From an uncultured Methanosarcinales archaeon (lineage in GTDB: Archaea > Nanobdellota > Nanobdellia > Woesearchaeales > JAGVZT01), in NCBI GenBank assembly GCA_964419615.1, contig CAYQPU010000036.1:2671-16233 (forward strand): a stretch of DNA of 13,563 bases. The letters run 5' to 3'. A model generated the notes under the pieces. It had not been told where the DNA came from and did not search any database. It was given only the letters and a program-made list of their open reading frames with translations. Both the position numbers and the translations under genes were made by a program. Below are positions 7,301 to 13,563 of the stretch, in pieces; position 1 is the stretch's first letter, and each line of letters begins with the position of its first letter.

Positions 7301-7679
7301 CCTCTGTTATGTACTGTAAATTTAGTCTACTATTCTCATGATAGGAGTCAAAAAAAGGATCATAAACAACAGCATTATTTGAAGGATTATTATAGGCTGG
7401 TTGTTTTCTTAATGCATCAATCAATCCTTTATATCTTGTTTCTAATTGGGCAAATAAGTTATTATCTATTTCTTCAATCTTTTTAAGTTGAATTGCTGCT
7501 TGTACCCAGTCTCCCTTATCCATATTATCATAAAGTTGGTTAAGCATATTGTTGGATTCTTCAGTTACAGTATATTGGTCAGTACCAATCAAATCTTTTG
7601 TTTGATCTTTTCTGGTGGCAACTGGACCACTACACCCAACAATTAATAATATTAAAAATAAAGCAATTATTCTTTTCAT
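4302..7679 (-). CDS. 1125-aa exported lipoprotein with a central hydrophobic helical region and a C-terminal zinc metallopeptidase domain (polymorphic-toxin-like)
   Basis: N-terminus MKRIIALFLILLIVGC (lipobox-like Cys16). GTIVHETEH (4518-4532) plus downstream EESWA (4443-4448) form a gluzincin-like HExxH...E site. There is an Ala/Gly-rich hydrophobic stretch at about 5673-5942. ATGA overlap with the upstream gene. Confidence 0.7.
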   Translation of the reverse strand: MKRIIALFLILLIVGCSGPVATRKDQTKDLIGTDQYTVTEESNNMLNQLYDNMDKGDWVQAAIQLKKIEEIDNNLFAQLETRYKGLIDALRKQPAYNNPSNNAVVYDPFFDSYHENSRLNLQYITEVEQIRSEYDSKAGALEAKGFIKYDEQGFREVLRDLDKVEAVELLVFENYEIDIALKSLLAKKHALLALGSLEADEVEAQIAELEVMKNDNNIRMELLEANGFNFLTGDPNDNLVLYSALRMSGYMYEEKKAKLAPKTYFSSKNINEYLENKGPLIKGFLYLNMAIDSFNIFFVTDDLEVDDDLDNEMSAKLRVASIIQAKHYLDSGKASDLRTAISKIKEDADSYKQKRLAEFQNKKASNQDIELRWFEKLEITDSYQGKITLNGGVLDVNSVSKDRESYMIGVGRWGGVVKTCAEDDWHHKILRGSAHGNQEGDVEMKGCLFASHPTFPNPDYTVAADLYFDINRPVEEIAKDFESEVLVDSYESSVYGNSEYLVNSPTIHAMIDLSESEGSQADEIRLEYVLRLKDEGYYDLAGAVLEQIPGDTSVIYNGENVVASTVSIQFDKFVHDQFRDVVVSLANPAQWVFYGAIAKGGAAVLSKFAWGRAVMGASAKFSSFILGASDNAIMQVFLKGFSVVIEEGVEELAGQVHPALEIFMMALTGIDSYDLVNLKTDIKFDYNGDLLSVYEYKGQLDTIKINEIGGAKQIADDVFLIENKEGKVLLYNEGIDISAIDFEDGTILKESEIESQKKVIAVEDSVELAHAQEAFSSKPLAYCARASKCPVFLLGQEVAIWTSATSASIVNVHMQYNEPGVLVKRPKQTTKDSAPVFVNIETIWRSNENFLVKRGYEHVLNIPKGDLVYIGDSSGEAWEVMGVYKHGVVIVDNQGFKFGIDPFELRAMNNLDLSTRQKIFGLKGILSGDGRMDIDITNSLPSQINSEISQIKGLYGPRLSADSKKMFKLKQALEIVHQVDPYIYDEFIAGATSIEYWTEYHHDLIFPQGLSYGEPGGKAAALAEAEVGHIGLFDAAFEYDVYELAGTIVHETEHLSRANSNEWSYHYYGIHDGAVELEESWAFFREFEFYRRLTSKGYTYPKSSGEYWAYSMYRDMRDQYNTIIH

Positions 7680-8431
7680 TTTTTCACCGCCGCAAAAAAG
7701 TACATTGAAGGTTCCAAATCAATATTTGTATCTCTAAATAAATATATTGTTCTCTTATCATCATAAGGCATAATAACACTTTCCACATCAAAAGAATCAA
7801 AAAGAGTAATATCAACCAAACCATCATACAATAGTAATTCTTCATTTACTTCTTTTGCATAACCATAATTTTTTCCCAATCTAATTGGAATCAATGTTTG
7901 AAAATCCTCAACAGTCATACTCGAACTCCCTTGCTTAATCGTAACAGGGTATTCTAAATGAATAGTCACATCATTTTCTCCAATTAATGTATCAGCGTGC
8001 ATAACTCCTGAATCAATATCCACACCAGGAAATCCTTGAAAATTTCTAATACAAATAAACAAAGTCTCTTCAATATACTTAGAAATCTCATTTTGTACTT
8101 TCCCTTTACTTGGCATCTTATCAGCATCAAAATAATAATAATAAGCAATAGTAGCCTTTGTTGACCTAAATGTTTCGGGAGGAGGATCAATATAACCTCC
8201 AGTTAATCCAACATAATAAACCGCAGGAACAGCGCTATCATACAAACACTGTTCAACATACATCTTAACTTTTTGGCCATAAGTTGATAACTCCAGGCTA
8301 TTTTTCTTAATAACTTCAACATCAGACTGATTTTGGAATAATACAAACAAAAAGAAAAATAAGAAAAGAGCAATTACAGCTACAATTAGAAAAATTGTAA
8401 TATCTCCTTTCTTTTTTAGCAATTGATTCAT
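7676..8431 (-). CDS. Class III signal peptide (type IV pilin-like) protein
   Basis: KKKG|DITIFLIVAVIALFLFFFLFVLF: basic residues, then Gly, then a hydrophobic helix, matching an archaeal prepilin-peptidase substrate. The body (YVEQCL...GLTGGY...ISKYI...L..C...YP...RLG) resembles a pilin-like family I recall from DPANN genomes. Confidence 0.7.
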   Translation of the reverse strand: MNQLLKKKGDITIFLIVAVIALFLFFFLFVLFQNQSDVEVIKKNSLELSTYGQKVKMYVEQCLYDSAVPAVYYVGLTGGYIDPPPETFRSTKATIAYYYYFDADKMPSKGKVQNEISKYIEETLFICIRNFQGFPGVDIDSGVMHADTLIGENDVTIHLEYPVTIKQGSSSMTVEDFQTLIPIRLGKNYGYAKEVNEELLLYDGLVDITLFDSFDVESVIMPYDDKRTIYLFRDTNIDLEPSMYFFAAVKK

Positions 8432-8432
8432 T

Positions 8433-9188
8433 TTAAATATTATACCCTGTTAAAAAATACCCTCCTGTTTCAACACAAAAATCTCTATAAACATCAAAAA
8501 CATCCTTAACATACTTGGAACCTCTCTTATGATCTCCATGCTCATCACAACATTCTGTAGGTGAAGAGCAATCTGAAAACTGTGCATAGTGATCCTGACA
8601 AGCAAGTTCCATAGCTTGAGATGGTGAATCTGAATAATGATCAATAGCAGACCTTGCCATATTAATTCCATTGCCATGTTTAAACAAAGCAAATGATCTA
8701 ATCAGTTTTGTATCTGAACTTGTAGGAAGCAATAGTAATACCTCATTATAATCAGCTTCAAGTTCATCAATTAATACATTAACATCACCAACATTTGAAT
8801 CACACATTTCTTTTGAAAGCAATAAAGATTTGAAAAGATATTGATCAAAGCCAATTGCCAATAATCTTGGATTTGCACTAACCAACACATCAAACTTATC
8901 ACAACTTGCAAGATTTGAAGAACCAACATCAATAGTATCCAAATCCTTACAATCACTTAGAAAATCATAATTATCAATATGATACTTTTGTTTCAGAATT
9001 ATTTCATGATAAGCTGTTTCGACTCTTACTTTTTTTTCCAGGGGCTGCTCAGGAATTGTTGGGGGGTCAAAACGATCACTAATATGTTCTCCAATAACTT
9101 GGACAACCTCTTCATATCTTGGACTTCTAAAACAGCCCTGTATTAACATTATTAAAACTAGAACAAGCATCATTCTCTTTTTTAACAT
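8433..9188 (-). CDS. Cys-rich lipoprotein, possibly with a degenerate lysozyme-like (SLT) C-terminal domain
   Basis: MLKKRMMLVLVLIMLIQGC is a lipoprotein-type signal. Start moved from TTG 9209 to ATG 9188 because TTTATATA lies 22-29 nt upstream of 9188. One-bp gap to the next gene. Confidence 0.7.
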   Translation of the reverse strand: MLKKRMMLVLVLIMLIQGCFRSPRYEEVVQVIGEHISDRFDPPTIPEQPLEKKVRVETAYHEIILKQKYHIDNYDFLSDCKDLDTIDVGSSNLASCDKFDVLVSANPRLLAIGFDQYLFKSLLLSKEMCDSNVGDVNVLIDELEADYNEVLLLLPTSSDTKLIRSFALFKHGNGINMARSAIDHYSDSPSQAMELACQDHYAQFSDCSSPTECCDEHGDHKRGSKYVKDVFDVYRDFCVETGGYFLTGYNI

Positions 9189-9209
9189 AATTTTATTTTT
9201 AACATTCAA

Positions 9210-9217
9210 TATATAAA
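9210..9217 (-). promoter_or_regulatory. TATA box for the leftward operon
   Basis: TTTATATA on the minus strand, 22-29 nt upstream of ATG 9188. Confidence 0.6.
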
Positions 9218-9251
9218 TATTTTACTAGTGTTTTTACTCTTAAACTTAGAT

Positions 9252-9351
9252 TGTTGATTATCAACACTATTTTCATTATCTTATATGTGGTCTATGTATG
9301 TTGATTATCAACACCAAAACATTTAAATAGCCTTTCTGTTGATAATAAACA
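9252..9351. promoter_or_regulatory. Three palindromic operator-like sites, consensus TGTTGAT-W-ATCAACA
   Basis: tgttgattatcaaca at 9252-9266 and 9299-9313 (perfect 7-1-7 palindromes, both followed by c) and tgttgataataaaca at 9337-9351 (one arm mismatch). Confidence 0.8.
9322..9329 (+). promoter_or_regulatory. TATA box for the rightward operon
   Basis: TTTAAATA preceded by CCAAAACA (BRE-like), between palindromes 2 and 3. Confidence 0.55.
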
Positions 9352-9369
9352 AAACTGTTTTAAGAAATA

Positions 9370-9639
9370 ATGAAAAAAGGGGCTAACATAGAAAGAACAG
9401 GCAGAGAAGTAGCTCTAATTACATATTCTTTAACAAATTTATCACATTCAGACAAAACAAGATTTGGATATGCACTTAAAGGAAGAGATGGAAAAAGTGG
9501 CATATCAAATTTAATCAATGGAGAGCCAGTTGGCAGAAACAATATTCTGATTCCCTATAACAAACTTCACGAGATCATTGAATTCTTCTTGACTTGGAAA
9601 GTCAAATACACAGTTAGGAGGTTTATTGAACTAGAATGA
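9370..9639 (+). CDS. Small hypothetical protein, possible Cas2/VapD/PaaX-like ferredoxin fold
   Basis: Predicted order: beta (ALITYSL), helix (HSDKTRFGYAL), beta (PVGRNNILIP), helix (KLHEIIEFFLTW), beta (KYTVRRF). No signal peptide. ATGA overlap with the next gene. The fold assignment is inference only. Confidence 0.55.
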   Translation: MKKGANIERTGREVALITYSLTNLSHSDKTRFGYALKGRDGKSGISNLINGEPVGRNNILIPYNKLHEIIEFFLTWKVKYTVRRFIELE

Positions 9640-12458
9640 CTACTGATAAAAAGCTTGGCAATAATATTGTAATAATTCTAGCCATAGTCTTTGCATTAGT
9701 TAGTCTAACTAGTAATCTTATGATCTTTATGTCAACTGGTGAACCAAAATCAATTGGCGCAGCAACACTTAGAACAACGATTGGATCAGCATCAGTAACG
9801 ATTATTGGAAATGATCCAATAGCTTTGGTTACATATCCAAATGGTTGTGAGGTCTTAAGTGGAATTGAAACAGTAGCAGCAACAATATGGGATCAGGATT
9901 CAAACTGGACTATTAGAAATGGAACATTCTATTATTCAAACACCACAAACTTGAATGATGAATTTAATAAAAGTAATCTAACTGGGTACTACTACATTGG
10001 AACTCAATTTTATGATGACAATGAAATATATTCACAACCTTGGAACACCTCACAAGCAAGCGAGGGAATATATCACACAGCAACAGTCATAGGATATGAC
10101 TATAACATCAGATGGAGTTATAACAGATCAGACAATTACTTTGCAATAAACAACATAGACGAAGAACCAGACTGGGAAGAATTCAAATACCCAACTTCAA
10201 CAAACTTAACAGCTCTTTCAAATACATCAGTGTTAGGTGAATGGACAACAGTTGAAAACTTAACCTTGGGTAATTCATATGGTTTAATTAACCTTTCAAA
10301 CACAACAATAAACATAGACAATCTGAACTTATCACGTTATTTTGAAATTGACTACCGCACAATTTCGCTTAACACATCAATCTCTCCATGTATCGAAGAT
10401 CCAGCATATCTTCACTTTTTAAACACTGGGCTTGTCACTCCAGGTATTTTGAGAAATGGATCTTTATGTCCTTGGCCACAATGTAGAGTTGTTGCGCACT
10501 GGCAAAACCAAATAATAGTCTGGGTAAATCAATATTCTGATTATGAAGTCAATGAAACAGCGCCATACAACCTCTCAATATGGGATGTCACAGATAGAGA
10601 TGGATACAATGCTAATCAAACAAGAAGAAGGGGAGAAATTGCAACATTCTATGCAAATCTAACTCTAGGTAATGAAACATTCACAGACCCAGGAATAAAC
10701 TGTTGGATGAGATACAATGTAACAGATTACTTTACCAATTGGACAAATGTAACATATTTAGGAATAGACATCTTTGAAGATAACTATACTTTCACTGAAA
10801 TGGGAATTTACTTTTGGGAAACATTTTGTAACAGCACAAACACTCCATTATACATCTATGCAAATGATACAGTGAATATATCCAACAGACCACCTTTCCT
10901 AAGATACATCATACCAAATGTAACAATGGAAGAAGACCGTACATTAATCTTCATTGACCTAGATGATTACTTCACAGATCCAGATGGTGATTCTCTTAAT
11001 TACACAAACAACTATGTTCCAAACATACAATTTCAAATTAGTAGTGAAAATATTGTAACAATAGTACCTGATCCAAACTGGTTTGGAGAAAGAGTTGTAA
11101 CATTTATTGCTTCAGATAAATATGGAGCAACCGCAATGAGCAATGAAGTAGGTGTAACTGTTGAAGATGTACCTGAACCAGAGCAATTTACTGGTGGAGG
11201 CGGAGGAGGGGGAGGAGGCGGATCCTCGTATGATGATGAATATGAACCTATGGCTGAGTGCTTACAAGATTGGCAATGTGGCAACTGGAGTGATTGTATG
11301 TACAGATGGATTGTGGTTAACACAACCGGTAATCAGACAATTAACCTAACTAATTATAACATGAGCTATTACAATCACAGCGAACATGATGGGATTCAAG
11401 CAAGAACTTGTGCAGACCTAAGTCATTGTAATTACTGGTGGAACAAGCCAAATGAGACAAAATGGTGTTTTTACCTTCCAAACTGTTATGACAACATACT
11501 AAATCAAGATGAAGAAGGTGTTGATTGTGGAGGTTCATGTGGACCATGTGCAACCTGTACAGATGGGATACTAAACCATGGAGAAACAGACATTGACTGT
11601 GGAGGGCCATGTCCTTCATGTGGAACGTGTTTTGACGGAGTACAAAATTGTCATGATGGACTATGTGAAGAAGGAACAGATTGTGGTGGATCTTGTCCAG
11701 CGTGTGCAGAAATACAAAGACCTTCATTTTGGTACATGTTTATGTGGTTATGGTGGATAATACTTTTAATAATTATACTCTTGATTATCTGGAAATACAT
11801 CAAACCAAAGATACACAAAAAAATACTAATGTATTTAGCCAAGCGTGAACAAGAAAGAAAGCAAGCAGCAATGCTACCTTGGTTAATTGAATTAAAGAAA
11901 AGTACCCTTGAACAACTAAATATAATTTTACAGGAATCAGAAAAAGGAAACATTCCTCTTCTTTCAAGGCAGCTAGTAAAAGTCCTAAGACACTTCTTTA
12001 AAGAAATATTTGAAGTAAAATATGAATTCACATTCGAAGAACTTATGACCGAGGTTGCAAAGAGAAACATGCCAAGATTGCTAATTGCAGTTCTGGCAGA
12101 ATTCCTAAAGCAACTCATCTTATTAGAATATGGGAAGCGCAAAATAACAAAGGAACAACTCCAGTCTAGTGTAGTCAAGGCTAAGCAAATTGTTGAACTA
12201 GTAATCAGATATGTACCAATGGACTATCAAACCCGTAAAGCTGAGAAATACAAAGACATTCTACAAATCTACAAGTTAAGCATACAAATCAGAAGATACA
12301 TATCAAGAAAAGAATTGGATAGAGCTAAGTTTGTTTATTACAAAGTCTTAAACCTTTACAACAAACTATCAAACACAAAAAAAGCTCAAGTATACGAGAA
12401 CATATCCAAGCTTCAAAAAGATCTAGCAAAGGCATTAAGAGGTGGACAGAATGGATAA
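9636..12458 (+). CDS. 940-aa membrane-anchored surface glycoprotein/adhesin (Ig and cadherin-like domains, Gly10 linker, TSP1-like and CGG Cys repeats, TM helix, cytoplasmic helical tail)
   Basis: N-terminal hydrophobic segment; cadherin-like NRPP...DLDDYFTDPDGD.L...PDPNWFG; WSDC...QARTC; three CxDG..N..E..DCGG.C..C repeats; TM WYMFMWLWWIILLIIILLIIW; about 36 N-x-S/T sequons before the TM and 1 after. The tail (LRHFF...EFTFEEL...LEYG) resembles DUF4129/DUF4381-type domains. Confidence 0.85.
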   Translation: MTTDKKLGNNIVIILAIVFALVSLTSNLMIFMSTGEPKSIGAATLRTTIGSASVTIIGNDPIALVTYPNGCEVLSGIETVAATIWDQDSNWTIRNGTFYYSNTTNLNDEFNKSNLTGYYYIGTQFYDDNEIYSQPWNTSQASEGIYHTATVIGYDYNIRWSYNRSDNYFAINNIDEEPDWEEFKYPTSTNLTALSNTSVLGEWTTVENLTLGNSYGLINLSNTTINIDNLNLSRYFEIDYRTISLNTSISPCIEDPAYLHFLNTGLVTPGILRNGSLCPWPQCRVVAHWQNQIIVWVNQYSDYEVNETAPYNLSIWDVTDRDGYNANQTRRRGEIATFYANLTLGNETFTDPGINCWMRYNVTDYFTNWTNVTYLGIDIFEDNYTFTEMGIYFWETFCNSTNTPLYIYANDTVNISNRPPFLRYIIPNVTMEEDRTLIFIDLDDYFTDPDGDSLNYTNNYVPNIQFQISSENIVTIVPDPNWFGERVVTFIASDKYGATAMSNEVGVTVEDVPEPEQFTGGGGGGGGGGSSYDDEYEPMAECLQDWQCGNWSDCMYRWIVVNTTGNQTINLTNYNMSYYNHSEHDGIQARTCADLSHCNYWWNKPNETKWCFYLPNCYDNILNQDEEGVDCGGSCGPCATCTDGILNHGETDIDCGGPCPSCGTCFDGVQNCHDGLCEEGTDCGGSCPACAEIQRPSFWYMFMWLWWIILLIIILLIIWKYIKPKIHKKILMYLAKREQERKQAAMLPWLIELKKSTLEQLNIILQESEKGNIPLLSRQLVKVLRHFFKEIFEVKYEFTFEELMTEVAKRNMPRLLIAVLAEFLKQLILLEYGKRKITKEQLQSSVVKAKQIVELVIRYVPMDYQTRKAEKYKDILQIYKLSIQIRRYISRKELDRAKFVYYKVLNLYNKLSNTKKAQVYENISKLQKDLAKALRGGQNG
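11193..11222 (+). repeat. Gly10 linker (mixed GGN codons)
   Basis: ggt gga ggc gga gga ggg gga gga ggc gga. Confidence 0.9.
11484..11706 (+). repeat. Three Cys-rich CxDGxxN...DCGGxCxxC repeats (72-bp period)
   Basis: Units start at 11484, 11556 and 11628; the third carries a CHDGLC insertion. Confidence 0.9.
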
Positions 12459-13491
12459 ACAAGCTAGAAACTTGAAAATTCTGAACACAATATTTATCTT
12501 AATATTTTTTGTACTTATGCAAATTGCCTTAGCTTTAGATCCATCATTTGATCCAGAACCTCCAAGTATTTTCAATCTAACAGAAGATGTAAACTTTTAT
12601 TATGATATTAATGCAACAGATCCAGAAAATGACACCCCTTTTGTGTTTTCTCATGACGCATTATCTTGGGGATTTGAATCATTCTACATGGACAATCTAA
12701 CAGGTATAATTAACTTTACACCTCCAAACGATGATGTGGGTGAGAACACAATTACATTAATAGTTACAGATGCAGAAGAAGACCAAGACTCTAAATTCAT
12801 TTATTTTAATGTCTCTAACGTCAATGATCCTCCAAACATCACTTCTTATTCACCAGTCATGCTTAATTTGGATGTTAATGAAAATGATACACCTGGTTAC
12901 TATTTTGCCTATAATGTATCTGACCCAGATCTTTTGTGGGGAGACTTTGTTAATAACACCTGGATTATGGACGGGGAGAATTACACTACCAATCAATCTT
13001 GGTTATACAGTCCTGGATTTTGTGAACCAAGTGGTTTTAACCTAACCTTACAGGTTTGGGATTTGGCAGGCGAAACAAGAACAGTCAACTGGACAGTTAC
13101 AATCACAAATGTTAATAGACCACCAACATTTAACTGGAGTAATCCAATAGATAACATAACATGGTTTGAAGACAATGATCTACTTGACAACTTTAGCTTG
13201 GATGCTCATTTTTACGATGCAGACTATATTGAGTGTAATGATTCAACCAGTGTAAACTATACCCTTGCAGGAAATCAGAATATCACAATCAACATCTCAA
13301 ACTCAACACCCTACTGGGTAAGCCTTTATCCAGATCTAAACTGGTATGGTCTTGAAATAGTCAATTTTTCCTTGTCAGACGGTGAAGCATCTGCATTTAG
13401 TAATCCGGTTTATCTTAATGTAACTAATGTTGGTGATTGGCCAATAATAGATCCAATTGAAAATCAGACTGCATTCGGATATGATCCATAA
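12451..13491 (+). CDS. Exported cadherin-like (tandem Ig-like) repeat protein, ending at an apparently premature TAA
   Basis: Signal-like hydrophobic N-terminus; repeated INATDPEND, VSNVNDPP, ITNVNRPP, P.LNWYG motifs; many sequons. ATG 12451 is preferred over GTG 12442 because GAGGTG (12439-12444) is SD-like; 8-bp overlap with the upstream stop. Confidence 0.8.
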   Translation: MDKQARNLKILNTIFILIFFVLMQIALALDPSFDPEPPSIFNLTEDVNFYYDINATDPENDTPFVFSHDALSWGFESFYMDNLTGIINFTPPNDDVGENTITLIVTDAEEDQDSKFIYFNVSNVNDPPNITSYSPVMLNLDVNENDTPGYYFAYNVSDPDLLWGDFVNNTWIMDGENYTTNQSWLYSPGFCEPSGFNLTLQVWDLAGETRTVNWTVTITNVNRPPTFNWSNPIDNITWFEDNDLLDNFSLDAHFYDADYIECNDSTSVNYTLAGNQNITINISNSTPYWVSLYPDLNWYGLEIVNFSLSDGEASAFSNPVYLNVTNVGDWPIIDPIENQTAFGYDP

Positions 13492-13563
13492 ATATTAGAA
13501 GTTAATGCCACAGACAATGATGCCGAGCAAATATGGTACTTTGACAACACCACTCTATTCAAT
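13492..13563 (+). pseudogene. In-frame continuation of the cadherin-like gene beyond the stop
   Basis: After TAA 13489-13491 the same frame reads ILEVNATDNDAEQIWYFDNTTLFN to the window end, completing the repeat begun by IDPIENQTAFGYDP. Confidence 0.75.

Noticed and set aside
9298-9330. Mini-ORF MLIINTKTFK*
   Set aside because: It is a by-product of palindrome 2 plus the TATA box; there is no independent evidence of coding.
9252-9351. Mini CRISPR array next to a Cas2-like gene
   Set aside because: Repeats are only 15-16 bp and do not extend, the gaps are unequal, no cas1 or other cas genes are present, and the positions around a TATA box fit operators better.
11193-11222. Phase-variable simple sequence repeat
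   Set aside because: Mixed Gly codons rather than a pure repeat, and unit changes would stay in frame; it is an ordinary linker.
922-13190. The short overlapping ORFs in the track (e.g. 922-1122, 2732-3916 set, 4433-4720, 6850-7486, 9360-9542, 11033-12178 set, 12770-13190)
   Set aside because: All lie antisense or out of frame within longer genes with recognisable motifs and show no motif, promoter or RBS support.
13489-13491. Alternative genetic code reassigning TAA
   Set aside because: TAA ends other genes here at sensible positions (1617-1619, 4302-4304, 8433-8435, 12456-12458).

Overview
AT-rich window that most resembles a DPANN archaeal genome (Woesearchaeota-like). This is inferred from TATA boxes about 24-31 nt upstream of leaderless ATGs, a class III signal-peptide gene, a heavily sequon-decorated surface protein and GAPOR. 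From left to right it holds: (1) a 5'-truncated tail-fibre-like gene with two 72-aa repeats and a C-terminal peptidase S74 chaperone; (2) a small exported Cys-rich protein; (3) a 907-bp two-gene islet (small basic protein plus wHTH regulator) between two diverged copies of the 3' end of the GAPOR gene, one of which is an orphan in-frame C-terminus; (4) GAPOR; (5) a tight minus-strand operon of a lipoprotein, a pilin-like protein and a 1125-aa lipoprotein with a C-terminal HExxH metallopeptidase, with polymorphic-toxin-like architecture; (6) a divergent promoter region with three copies of the palindrome TGTTGAT-W-ATCAACA; (7) a plus-strand operon of a small ferredoxin-fold-like protein, a 940-aa membrane-anchored adhesin and a cadherin-like repeat protein interrupted by an in-frame TAA. 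No rRNA, tRNA, integrase, transposase or reverse transcriptase was seen. All family assignments come from motif recognition, not database searches.
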